Source: an uncultured Muribaculaceae bacterium (GTDB lineage Bacteria; Bacillota_I; Bacilli_A; RF39; UBA660). Taken from it: a stretch of 32,899 nucleotides of DNA. The translations under genes were made by a program, and so were the position numbers. Location: contig CAYTQE010000001.1 of assembly GCA_964439985.1 (NCBI GenBank), forward strand, positions 1 to 32,899, written 5' to 3'. Under the pieces are notes generated by a model. That model saw only the letters and a program-made list of their open reading frames with translations. It was not told the DNA's origin and did no database searches. Positions 10,411 to 18,744 of the stretch are shown piece after piece. The stretch's first letter is position 1. Every line of letters starts with the position of its first letter.

Positions 10411-10626
10411 ATGGAAAATATAGAAAAAATGGATTTACAGTCTTTAAAATTATTAAAAGTATATTTATCACAATCTTCAACTAAAAATGAGTTTCTTGGT
10501 TTTGGGCATGATAATGGGCATGATAATAGTGGAGGTCACCCAGATTATCATAATGATTCTCATGATAATACTCCAGGAATGAAATTTAATGTAAGAAATG
10601 AAAATAGCATTTCAATCAAAAGATGA
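10411..10626 (+). CDS. Putative RiPP precursor peptide, Cys-free, His/Asp/Asn repeat core
   Basis: 71 aa: helical leader-like N-terminus (MENIEKMDLQSLKLLKVYLSQSSTKNEFLGFG), core GHDNGHDNSGGHPDYHNDSHDN (nt 10507-10569), then a 18-aa tail. Its stop overlaps the radical SAM start (ATGA at 10623). Confidence 0.7.
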   Translation: MENIEKMDLQSLKLLKVYLSQSSTKNEFLGFGHDNGHDNSGGHPDYHNDSHDNTPGMKFNVRNENSISIKR

Positions 10627-11714
10627 GACAGATTAACACACTTATTAAGCCGACTCATGAATGTAATATGAGATGTAAATATTGTTTTCATGAACAATAT
10701 GGTTATAAAAATTCTATATTAGATATTGATAAATTAAAAAAATATTTAAATTTGCTATCTATTGAATATGATTTTATAAATATAATTTGGCATGGTGGAG
10801 AACCGCTGATGGTTCCGTTAGATTATTATGAGGAAATATATGACCATTGTGAGAAATTAAATTCAAGATTTTTATTTACTATTCAGACCAATGGCTCACT
10901 AATTACGCAAAAGAATATAGATTTTTTTAAAGAAAGACAAACAAATTTTGGGCTTTCTTTTGATGGATTAAAAAATGAATATACTCGTTCTCATACTGAA
11001 GAGATAAAGTTTAATATAAAATTATTACAAAAAAACAATTTTAATCCAGGAGCAATACTTGTTGTGAATAATAGTAATGTGTCTGATTTAATTGATGAAT
11101 ACAAATATTTTGATTCATTAGGATTGAGTATGAAACTTAATCCTATGTTTAGTGATGGGGCTGCAAAATTGCACCCAGAGTTAGCCTTAGACCCTGATGA
11201 ATATATCGAAAAATTCGTAATTTTTTTTAAATACTGGTCAACTGATTCAAATGGTAAGATAAATGTTGCAACTTGTAATGAACTAACTAATTTAATAATA
11301 AATGAACACTCAGGAGTATGTACATTTAATTCTTGTTTAACTAAATGGTTATGTTTAGATTCTTCTGCAAACATATACCCTTGTGATAGATTGTGTTCTT
11401 CTGAATATCTCTTAGGAAATGTTGAGAACGTTTCTTCAATTAAAAATCTTTTTATTAGTGAAAATTTTATAGAATTATTAAAATCTAGTATAAATCGTAG
11501 GGAAAATTGTATTAAGATATGTGATTTTTATAAAAATTGTTACTCTGGTTGTAATGCTAATGCTTTTTTAGGTGTTAGTGATGATTACGAAAACGGAGTT
11601 TCTTGTTATATTCAAAAAGGCATTCTTGAAGGTATTAAAGATTATGTACTTAATAGTTTAGAAAACCATAAAACTTTAAATCCTACTTATGAAAAAATAT
11701 TGAAAAAGAAATAA
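10623..11714 (+). CDS. Radical SAM enzyme with C-terminal SPASM-type auxiliary cluster domain (peptide maturase-like)
   Basis: CNMRCKYC (CX3CX2C) at residues 14-21, GGEPLM SAM-binding motif, and a Cys-rich C-terminus (CTFNSC...C...YPCDRLC ... CIKICDFYKNCYSGC) matching the SPASM/anSME-like pattern. Confidence 0.9.
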   Translation: MRQINTLIKPTHECNMRCKYCFHEQYGYKNSILDIDKLKKYLNLLSIEYDFINIIWHGGEPLMVPLDYYEEIYDHCEKLNSRFLFTIQTNGSLITQKNIDFFKERQTNFGLSFDGLKNEYTRSHTEEIKFNIKLLQKNNFNPGAILVVNNSNVSDLIDEYKYFDSLGLSMKLNPMFSDGAAKLHPELALDPDEYIEKFVIFFKYWSTDSNGKINVATCNELTNLIINEHSGVCTFNSCLTKWLCLDSSANIYPCDRLCSSEYLLGNVENVSSIKNLFISENFIELLKSSINRRENCIKICDFYKNCYSGCNANAFLGVSDDYENGVSCYIQKGILEGIKDYVLNSLENHKTLNPTYEKILKKK

Positions 11715-11757
11715 TATCTTACGTTGAGGATACTTGATTTTATTTAGGAGATAGAAT

Positions 11758-12318
11758 ATGAAATATGTTTATCATGGAAGTCAAAAACAAAATTTAAAAA
11801 AAATTACTAAAAGAAAAAGCACTCATGGACAAGAGTGGGTTTATGCTACTAGTTCCAAAGTAATAGCTACGATTTTTATTAGCAATAAAGCAAGTGATTT
11901 AAATTATTATCTTGGTGGTAAAGGTACAAATGAATCACCAATTATTTTAGTTGAAAGAAAAATAGACATGTTTAAAAATATATTCAATCTTTCAGGATCT
12001 TTATATAGTTTAAGCAGTAAAAATTTCTTATCAAATAAAACAGGTTGGTCTGCTGAAGTAATTAGTGAATATGATGAAGATGTTATTGAAGAAGAGCATA
12101 TAGGCAATGTTTACGATAAACTTGTAGATTTAAATAATAAAAAAGAGTTAAAATTATATTTATATCCAAATAGACCTAATTTTCTTCCATTAGATAATAG
12201 TGATCTTATTCCTAAGGTTAAAAAATGGGAAAAAGCAGGTTTTGATATAGAAATTTTTTTAGAAATTTATCCTGAATTAAAAGAAAAATATAATTCATAT
12301 ACAAATGACGAGATATAA
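11758..12318 (+). CDS. Hypothetical 186-aa protein, third gene of the cassette
   Basis: AGGAGA ribosome-binding site 7 nt upstream, same strand, 43 nt after the radical SAM gene. No signal peptide or TM segment. N-terminal YHGS...EWVYATSS; I do not recognise a family. Confidence 0.6.
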   Translation: MKYVYHGSQKQNLKKITKRKSTHGQEWVYATSSKVIATIFISNKASDLNYYLGGKGTNESPIILVERKIDMFKNIFNLSGSLYSLSSKNFLSNKTGWSAEVISEYDEDVIEEEHIGNVYDKLVDLNNKKELKLYLYPNRPNFLPLDNSDLIPKVKKWEKAGFDIEIFLEIYPELKEKYNSYTNDEI

Positions 12319-12351
12319 AGCGTGATTATGTATTTAATATTGTGATAAACC

Positions 12352-12380
12352 AAAAAGAATTACTTTGCGTAATTCTTTTC
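12352..12380. terminator. Bidirectional intrinsic terminator shared by the cassette (+) and the ABC operon (-)
   Basis: An 11-bp stem (12353-12363 aaaagaattac pairs with 12369-12379 gtaattctttt) with loop tttgc and A and T tracts on both sides. A 10-bp version is kept in DR-L at 10082-10108. Confidence 0.6.
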
Positions 12381-12540
12381 AAATAGAGTAATTAATTGAT
12401 AAATAATAAATGAAATAATTAGTATAAGCATTATTCCAGTCATTACTAAAGTTAAGTTAAATACTTGAGTTCCATATAGTATTAGATAACCAATACCAGC
12501 TTTACTAACCAAGAATTCTCCCATAATAACCCCGATTAAT
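12352..12540. repeat. Direct repeat, right copy (DR-R): terminator hairpin plus the intact 3' end of the ABC permease gene
   Basis: Partner of 10081-10269 (183 of 189 identities). It is contiguous with the full-length permease ORF. Confidence 0.95.
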
Positions 12541-13118
12541 GACATTGAAATATTTAATTTTAAACTTGATATAATAGTCTCTTTGTTGTGTGGTAATACA
12601 AGTTTAGTTAATATTTGATAATTGGTAGCTTTAAAAGATTTAAATAATTTTATTTTATAAGGATCGGTATTAATTAATCCATTATATATTGAAACTAATG
12701 TTACTATTGTATTGATAAGTAGGCTCATAACTATAATTGACTTCACATTAGCGCCTAACCAAATTATTAATAAAGGACCTAATGAAACTTTTGGTAAACT
12801 ATTGATTAATGTTAGAAAAGGATCACAAATTTTTTTTAAAGTAGGAAATACATAAAACAGTAGTGCTATTGTAAAACCGATTAAAGTACCAAGTCCAAAA
12901 GATATGAAGATTTCTTTTAAAGTTACCCATATATGAATCCATAAATTATTATTAATATATAAATCATATAAACACTTAATTATTTTAGATGGACTTGAAA
13001 AGATAAAAGAATTTATAATTCCATATTTACTTAATAATTCCCAGGTCAATATAAATTGACAAGTAATGAATATTTGGGTTATTATTATAAATATTTTTTT
13101 TCTCTTAATATTCTTCAA
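12360..13118 (-). CDS. ABC transporter permease, NitT/TauT (SsuC-like) family
   Basis: 252 aa with about 6 TM segments and an EAA-like loop region (LINSLPKVSLGPLLIIWLG). TTG start. Lies in an operon with the ATPase and binding protein. Confidence 0.82.
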   Translation of the reverse strand: MKNIKRKKIFIIITQIFITCQFILTWELLSKYGIINSFIFSSPSKIIKCLYDLYINNNLWIHIWVTLKEIFISFGLGTLIGFTIALLFYVFPTLKKICDPFLTLINSLPKVSLGPLLIIWLGANVKSIIVMSLLINTIVTLVSIYNGLINTDPYKIKLFKSFKATNYQILTKLVLPHNKETIISSLKLNISMSLIGVIMGEFLVSKAGIGYLILYGTQVFNLTLVMTGIMLILIISFIIYQLITLFEKNYAK

Positions 13119-13131
13119 ATATTTGATTTGT

Positions 13132-13878
13132 TCAATTGAAGTTTTTATCTAAATCACTCCAAACTAAATCATAATAATTATTAAATAAAGTATTTTTTCT
13201 GTTTTCAGAAGGAATACCTCTATTTTTAAAATTGATTTTAATTTCTTTTTTTACTTTAGCTGGTCTTTTTGATAATATAATAACTCGGTCACACATTGAA
13301 ACACATTCGGCTATATCGTGAGAAATTAATATAGTAGTAACATTAGTGTTTTTAAGAAGTTTATAAATATCGTCTCCTATTGTTAATCTTGTAACATAAT
13401 CAAGAGCAGATAATGGTTCATCAAGTAAAATAATATCTGGTTTGGTAGCAAGTGTTCTTACCAGCGCTACTCTTTGTCTCATACCACCTGATAAATTATC
13501 AGGATAAGTTTCTAAAAAGTTTTCTAAGCCAAAACTAATTAAAAGAGTTTTTACATATTCGATATTTTCTTTAGTTTTAATTTCATTTATTTCAAGCCCT
13601 AAGCATGCATTATCTAAAACATTAAGCCAGGGAAGAAGGGCATCACTTTGTAACATATAACTAAAAGTATGCCCGTTATTTTTAATTTCACCATTGGTTT
13701 TTTCTTCTAAACCAGATAATATATTTAACAAAGTACTTTTACCACAGCCTGAAGATCCAACAATTCCAATAATTTCATTCTTGTATACATCAAATGATAT
13801 ATCTTTAATAGCTACTACTTCACCAGAAGTAGTATGGAATGTCTTGGCTAAATTTTTAATCGTCAAAATTTTATTCAT
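13132..13878 (-). CDS. ABC transporter ATP-binding protein, NitT/TauT family
   Basis: Walker A GSSGCGKST, signature LSGGMRQRVALVRTL, Walker B ILLDEP. I prefer the ATG at 13878; the track start at 13884 is TTG. Confidence 0.9.
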   Translation of the reverse strand: MNKILTIKNLAKTFHTTSGEVVAIKDISFDVYKNEIIGIVGSSGCGKSTLLNILSGLEEKTNGEIKNNGHTFSYMLQSDALLPWLNVLDNACLGLEINEIKTKENIEYVKTLLISFGLENFLETYPDNLSGGMRQRVALVRTLATKPDIILLDEPLSALDYVTRLTIGDDIYKLLKNTNVTTILISHDIAECVSMCDRVIILSKRPAKVKKEIKINFKNRGIPSENRKNTLFNNYYDLVWSDLDKNFN

Positions 13879-14848
13879 TAACAATTAAATCTTGATAGGG
13901 AACATATCTTTTAATAAATCCACCATCAATCATTATATCTTCAAGATTTTCAAACATTTTTTCTGTAATAACAGTATTTTCTAGCCAAGAATCAACTTCC
14001 TTATAACGATTTACAATTTTAGTTAAATCATTAAGTGATGTATCTGGAAATTGTTTAAGTATTGTTTTAGCTATTTCTTCGGCATTATTATTTTTAACGA
14101 AATCTAGTGCTTCATTAAGTGCTGATCTAAAGCTATTGATTACTTCATTATTATTTTCAATAAAACTCTTTTTAGCATTAAAAGCAGTATATGGTACTTC
14201 TCCAGAATATAAACCGATGCTTGCTACAACATAGCCAAGACCTTCTTTTTCTAATTTGGTAGCATTAGGTTCAAAAAGATTTACAAAATCACCTTGTCCA
14301 GATAAAAATGCGCTTGTTAGATTTGCAAAATCTACAGAATCGTTTATTTTAACTCCATTAATATCAGCTTTTTTTAAAGCGTTAGTAAAGTTTAAAATAG
14401 GCATTCCACCAACTCTACCAGCGATAACTTCTTTATTAATTAAATCATTTAAATTAAAATTTTCTATTTTTTCTCTTGAAACAATAAATTGCCCATCTCT
14501 TTTTGTTAAACCAGCAAATGTTTGAACAAAATCTTTTACTTTTTCTTCATAAACATAAATAGTTGCTTCTGGACCACAAAAACCAATTTCAACATCTCCA
14601 GATAAAACTGCAGCAACAACATTATTAGCGCCACTTGTTAATATTAAATCAATGTTTATTCCATTTTCTTCAAAATAACCTTTTTCAATTGCTACATAAA
14701 ATGGTGCATAAAATGGACTGTGTGTCACCTCAGCTACTTTAACAGTTCTAATGTTAGTATCATCTGTTTTTGCAGTATATTTTACAGCAAAGATACCAGT
14801 TGCAATTATAATTAAACCTAATATTACATATAATAATATTTTTTTCAT
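13871..14848 (-). CDS. ABC transporter substrate-binding protein, NMT1/THI5-like (SsuA-like)
   Basis: N-terminal membrane anchor or signal, then a periplasmic-binding-protein-like sequence (FYVAIEKGYFEENGI...). GGAGGAGG ribosome-binding site. First gene of the three-gene operon. Confidence 0.78.
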   Translation of the reverse strand: MKKILLYVILGLIIIATGIFAVKYTAKTDDTNIRTVKVAEVTHSPFYAPFYVAIEKGYFEENGINIDLILTSGANNVVAAVLSGDVEIGFCGPEATIYVYEEKVKDFVQTFAGLTKRDGQFIVSREKIENFNLNDLINKEVIAGRVGGMPILNFTNALKKADINGVKINDSVDFANLTSAFLSGQGDFVNLFEPNATKLEKEGLGYVVASIGLYSGEVPYTAFNAKKSFIENNNEVINSFRSALNEALDFVKNNNAEEIAKTILKQFPDTSLNDLTKIVNRYKEVDSWLENTVITEKMFENLEDIMIDGGFIKRYVPYQDLIVNE

Positions 14849-14908
14849 TTTTCCTCCTCCTCAATCATTTTTATTATATGAATTTATTAATATTGGTGTG
14901 AATTTCAG

Positions 14909-14937
14909 TTTACATTTATCTTGAATTTTGTTATAAT
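14909..14937 (+). promoter_or_regulatory. Sigma-A-type promoter with extended -10
   Basis: TTTACA (14909-14914), 17-nt spacer, then TGtTATAAT (14929-14937), upstream of the AGGAGGG ribosome-binding site and the ATG at 14964. Confidence 0.55.
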
Positions 14938-14963
14938 TCTATTTAGAATAAGGAGGGCTAGTA

Positions 14964-16628
14964 ATGGATACTGTTATCAGAGAAATTAATGAAAGTCTAC
15001 TAAAAATATTAAATGAGCTGGATAGTCGCAAACTAGCTAGCCATAAAGATTTAGAAAATGTAAATAATCAAATAAATGCTAAAGTAGATGAAGCTAAAGA
15101 ATATAAAACAGAAGTGGATACTGCAAAAAGCAAAATTAAAACACTAGAACAAGAGATTGAATCTTTAGAAATTGATCTAGTAGATTTAAATGAACGTTTT
15201 GGTAAAAAAGATTTAAACGCTATCTTAGAAGCTGGTCATAAAGAAATAAACTCTAAAATAATGGAAAAACAAAATCAAATTACTAAATATCGTCAAAAAA
15301 TTGGTGAATTAGCTGATAGAGCGCGTAGTATTAAAGATTTATTAATTAATTTAAAAAAAGATAAAACTTCAAAAGAAGATAAACTTGATGTTTTAACCAA
15401 AACACATGAATACTATAATGATTCATTAAATAAAATAATTGATTATGCTAAAAATAATCCCCAGACTTTAAATAGTTATGATTTGAATTATAATAATTTA
15501 AATTATGATTATGAAGATGAACCATTATCCGAGGTTTTTGATGAAATAGAATCACTTGATAAAGAAGATGAAGAAGATATTAAAATAAAGGTAGAAGAAA
15601 ATGAAGAATTAAGTGAGGAAGAAGAAACTAACTTAAATAATATATTTGATAAATTACGTAATAAAGACTTAAATTTTGATGAAATAAATAAATCAATTGA
15701 CCAAGAGTATGACAATATATTTGGTGCAAATAATCAAGAGGAAAAAAGTGAAGAATTAAAATTTGAAGAAGATACTTCTACTAATATGATAGATATTTCT
15801 GAAAATGAATTAAATGCTCCTATTGAAAAAAAAGAAGAAACAAATATATTTGATCAACCAGAAGAAACTATAAATAAAGAAGATATTGTATTACCAGATA
15901 TATTTGGTAATGAGACTAAACAAACAGAAAATATATCAAATGTTGAAATAGAGAATCTTTTTAAAGAATATGATTTAGATTTTAATAAATTTAATAAGGA
16001 AGACCAAAAAATAATTAAGAATATATTTAATTTAGAGCATTTTCAAAAAATATTAGCAATTTTAAAAGATAATCAAATTAATTTAGAATACATTTATCAA
16101 TCAATTAATGTTTTTGAAAAAGGTAATCCAGAGGAACTAGATCTAATTTTAACTAAACTGCTTTTAGCTGGACAGTCAAAAGCTAATATAGATTTAGTTT
16201 TAGATAATTTAGGTGAAATTAATAGTTCTACTTTAACTGAAGTTATTAATAGTTATGGTTCAGATATTAAAGATGTAAATATTACTGATATTTTAATAAA
16301 AACTATGAAGTTAGCTAATGTGGAATTATTAAATAATAAGCCAGATTATTTACTTGATTCAGATTTCACTGATGAAGAAATAAAAGTTATGGAATCTTCA
16401 ATTAATCAAGACATATGGGAAAAAGTAATTAATTTTCCTCAAATAATATTAGTGAATTATTATTATTTAAAAGAATTAGGAATTAGTAATATTAAAGAAG
16501 TTTTTATGAGTCATCCACAAATGTTTGTGTTAAATCCAGATAAATTTAAAGCTATTTTTGTTAAATATGATAAGGCTGATTTGGTAAGATGTATTGAAAA
16601 AAATGCTGCAGTAATAGAAAAACTATAA
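14964..16628 (+). CDS. Hypothetical acidic coiled-coil protein with helical-repeat C-terminus
   Basis: 554 aa. The N-terminal ~170 aa have heptad-like K/E-rich sequence and the middle is an acidic low-complexity stretch (DEEDIKIKVEENEELSEEEE). The C-terminus has repeated L..LG.s...i motifs. No enzymatic motif recognised. Confidence 0.6.
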   Translation: MDTVIREINESLLKILNELDSRKLASHKDLENVNNQINAKVDEAKEYKTEVDTAKSKIKTLEQEIESLEIDLVDLNERFGKKDLNAILEAGHKEINSKIMEKQNQITKYRQKIGELADRARSIKDLLINLKKDKTSKEDKLDVLTKTHEYYNDSLNKIIDYAKNNPQTLNSYDLNYNNLNYDYEDEPLSEVFDEIESLDKEDEEDIKIKVEENEELSEEEETNLNNIFDKLRNKDLNFDEINKSIDQEYDNIFGANNQEEKSEELKFEEDTSTNMIDISENELNAPIEKKEETNIFDQPEETINKEDIVLPDIFGNETKQTENISNVEIENLFKEYDLDFNKFNKEDQKIIKNIFNLEHFQKILAILKDNQINLEYIYQSINVFEKGNPEELDLILTKLLLAGQSKANIDLVLDNLGEINSSTLTEVINSYGSDIKDVNITDILIKTMKLANVELLNNKPDYLLDSDFTDEEIKVMESSINQDIWEKVINFPQIILVNYYYLKELGISNIKEVFMSHPQMFVLNPDKFKAIFVKYDKADLVRCIEKNAAVIEKL

Positions 16629-16710
16629 GAGTCATTTGACTTTTTTTTTGTCAAGAGAATGACTACTATATACAATCATATATCAAAAAAATGAAAAAAT
16701 TTACATATTT

Positions 16711-16719
16711 TGATATAAT
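16711..16719 (+). promoter_or_regulatory. Extended -10 promoter element upstream of the autolysin gene
   Basis: TGaTATAAT lies 24 nt upstream of the ATG at 16743. AGGTGG ribosome-binding site at 16733. I found no good -35. Confidence 0.4.
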
Positions 16720-16742
16720 TAGTTTGTATAGTAGGTGGTAAA

Positions 16743-18734
16743 ATGAAGAAAATATTTTTGTTAATTATAGTATTATTATCTTTTTTTACTATCAAAGAAG
16801 TTAATGCAGATACTCCTTATATTAAAGGAACTATTATGCCAAGTAAAAACACTAATGTATATTCTCAACCAAATAGTAATTCTAGTTTATTGAGAAATGA
16901 TGAAGGATATATAATAAATTTAAATTATCCAGAAACTTTTGAGATTTTAAATGTTGAAAATGGCTATTACCAAATTTATTTTCAATACAGTAGTTTTTAT
17001 CATACTGGATATATAAAAGTAGATAATAACTTAGTAAAAAGAGAAGATTATATTATTAAAGATTCTATAATTGATCAGTTAAAAGCTAAAGGTTTTGATG
17101 ATACTTACGCATATCCTTTAGCGGTTTTAAAAACTATAAATCCAAGTTGGAAATTTAATTTATATAATACTGATTTAGATTGGAATTATGTTATAGAACA
17201 AGAGGCCTATCCAGTTGAAAAAAATTTGATTAGTGGCTCAAATACATCTTTACGAAGTACGGAAGATGAAGCTTATTATGGTAATGGAGTTTGGAAAACA
17301 TTTGATAGTGGTTCTTCTTGGTTTGCAGCATCAAAACAAACAATTAAATATTATATGGATCCTAGAAACTTTTTTAACGAAGGTCATATTTTTATGTTTG
17401 AAAAACTTTCTTATGATACTAATCTAGATTATGTTCCAGCTATAAATAGTGTTTTAAATGGTACTTTTATGGCTACAAACCAAGCTTTTAATTGCTTAGA
17501 AGGATTTCCTGTTTGTTATAATAATCCTGATGGTAAAAGATATATGTCATATACAGATGTCTTTAAAGAAGCTGGTTTAACAAATGGAGTAAGTCCAGTC
17601 CATCTAGCAAGTAGAGTTAGAATAGAACAAGGGACTAATGGTTCAGTTTTAAGTAGTGGAGAAGGATGGAACAATCAAAAACTAGGATATTATAATTTCT
17701 TTAATTTTGGAGCTAGTGGTAATGGTGATGATGCCATTATTACTAATGGATTAAATTATGCTTATAATAAAGGTTGGGATAGTCCATACTCATCAATTGT
17801 AGGTGGAGCATCATCCCTAACTAATGGTTATATTGCTGGTGGTCAAGACACTTTATATTTTCAGAAATTTGATGTAATTAAGCCAGCGTCTTTTTATTAT
17901 CAGTACCAGCAAAATATAAGAGCACCTTATTATGAGGGTTATACTACATATTCATCATATTATAAAAATAATATAGTTGGTTCTAATTTCACATTTAATA
18001 TTCCAATATATTCTAATATGCCTACATTTACAAACTTATCAGTAAGTGGTAATGAAGATGCAACACTTAGTTCATTAAATATATCAGGATGTCATCTAAT
18101 GCCTTCATTTACTCCTAGTGCTTTAAATTATAATTGCTCTGTTACAAAAGATACTGCTAGTGTAAATATAAATGCTAAAGCTACCAATCCTAATTCAATA
18201 GTTACAGGTTACGGTACTCAAAATTTACCAAATGATGAAAATATAATTAACATTATAGTAACTGCAGCAGCAGGTAATACCAAAACTTATAAAGTAGTAA
18301 TAAATAAAATAGATTCTTCGCAGTTTACCCCAGATGAGATTTTATCCAGAGTCGGAATAAATAATAATTCTGGAGTATTAAGTGGTAGTAATATTATAAC
18401 AACAGGAGATAATATTATATCACTGATAAAAAACAATGTTCCATCAGCAAATGTAACAATAAGTAATACAAATAATATTGGTACTGGAACGACACTTACA
18501 ATCAATAACAATGGTTCTAAAGCATATAATCTACTAATGTATGGTGATACAGATGGAGATGGTGATATTACAATCTTAGATCTTCTTAGAACTCAAAAAC
18601 ATATATTAGGTGTTAATAAATTAACGAATGTATTTGAAAAATCAATCGATGTTAATAAAGATGGAGAAGTTAATATTTTAGATTTATTACTAATCCAGAA
18701 ACATATTTTAGAAGTTAGTCAAATAACTCAATAG
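16743..18734 (+). CDS. Secreted peptidoglycan hydrolase: SH3b-like, GH73 N-acetylglucosaminidase-like and cadherin-like beta-sandwich domains, with a C-terminal type-I dockerin
   Basis: Signal peptide (MKKIFLLIIVLLSFFTIKEVNA). YMDPRNFFNEGHIFMFEKLSY, HLASRVRIEQG and YYNFFNFGASG are glucosaminidase-family motifs. LSSLNISG..LMPSFTPSALNYNCSV is cadherin-like. The duplicated Ca-binding dockerin segments are YGDTDGDGDITILDLLRTQKHILG and DVNKDGEVNILDLLLIQKHIL. Confidence 0.8.
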   Translation: MKKIFLLIIVLLSFFTIKEVNADTPYIKGTIMPSKNTNVYSQPNSNSSLLRNDEGYIINLNYPETFEILNVENGYYQIYFQYSSFYHTGYIKVDNNLVKREDYIIKDSIIDQLKAKGFDDTYAYPLAVLKTINPSWKFNLYNTDLDWNYVIEQEAYPVEKNLISGSNTSLRSTEDEAYYGNGVWKTFDSGSSWFAASKQTIKYYMDPRNFFNEGHIFMFEKLSYDTNLDYVPAINSVLNGTFMATNQAFNCLEGFPVCYNNPDGKRYMSYTDVFKEAGLTNGVSPVHLASRVRIEQGTNGSVLSSGEGWNNQKLGYYNFFNFGASGNGDDAIITNGLNYAYNKGWDSPYSSIVGGASSLTNGYIAGGQDTLYFQKFDVIKPASFYYQYQQNIRAPYYEGYTTYSSYYKNNIVGSNFTFNIPIYSNMPTFTNLSVSGNEDATLSSLNISGCHLMPSFTPSALNYNCSVTKDTASVNINAKATNPNSIVTGYGTQNLPNDENIINIIVTAAAGNTKTYKVVINKIDSSQFTPDEILSRVGINNNSGVLSGSNIITTGDNIISLIKNNVPSANVTISNTNNIGTGTTLTINNNGSKAYNLLMYGDTDGDGDITILDLLRTQKHILGVNKLTNVFEKSIDVNKDGEVNILDLLLIQKHILEVSQITQ

Positions 18735-18744
18735 GAGGAAAATT

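Noticed and set aside
10349-10423. 24-aa ORF (MKVCLTKVRIFDILNERKEDIWKI) upstream of the precursor gene
   Set aside because: It has no ribosome-binding site, it overlaps the -35/-10 promoter elements, and it is out of frame with the precursor.
10504-10530. Nucleotide tandem repeat gggcatgataat x2
   Set aside because: It simply encodes the GHDN-GHDN peptide repeat within the precursor ORF. It is not an independent DNA repeat or a regulatory site.
10270-12351. Classical mobile element (IS, integron cassette or prophage remnant) inside the direct repeats
   Set aside because: None of the three ORFs resembles a transposase, integrase or recombinase. I saw no terminal inverted repeats. The flanking repeats are 189 bp of host gene rather than a short target-site duplication.
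14849-14963. Possible TPP riboswitch upstream of the NMT1/THI5-like ABC importer operon
   Set aside because: The divergent intergenic region is only 115 nt and is occupied by promoters and ribosome-binding sites. I could not find the conserved CUGAGA / ACCUGA-type core on the minus strand.
16629-16672. Terminator after the 554-aa gene
   Set aside because: Only imperfect pairings are available (agtcatt/aatgact plus ttgac/gtcaa around a T9 loop, or a 5-bp stem with a 2-nt loop). That is too weak to call.
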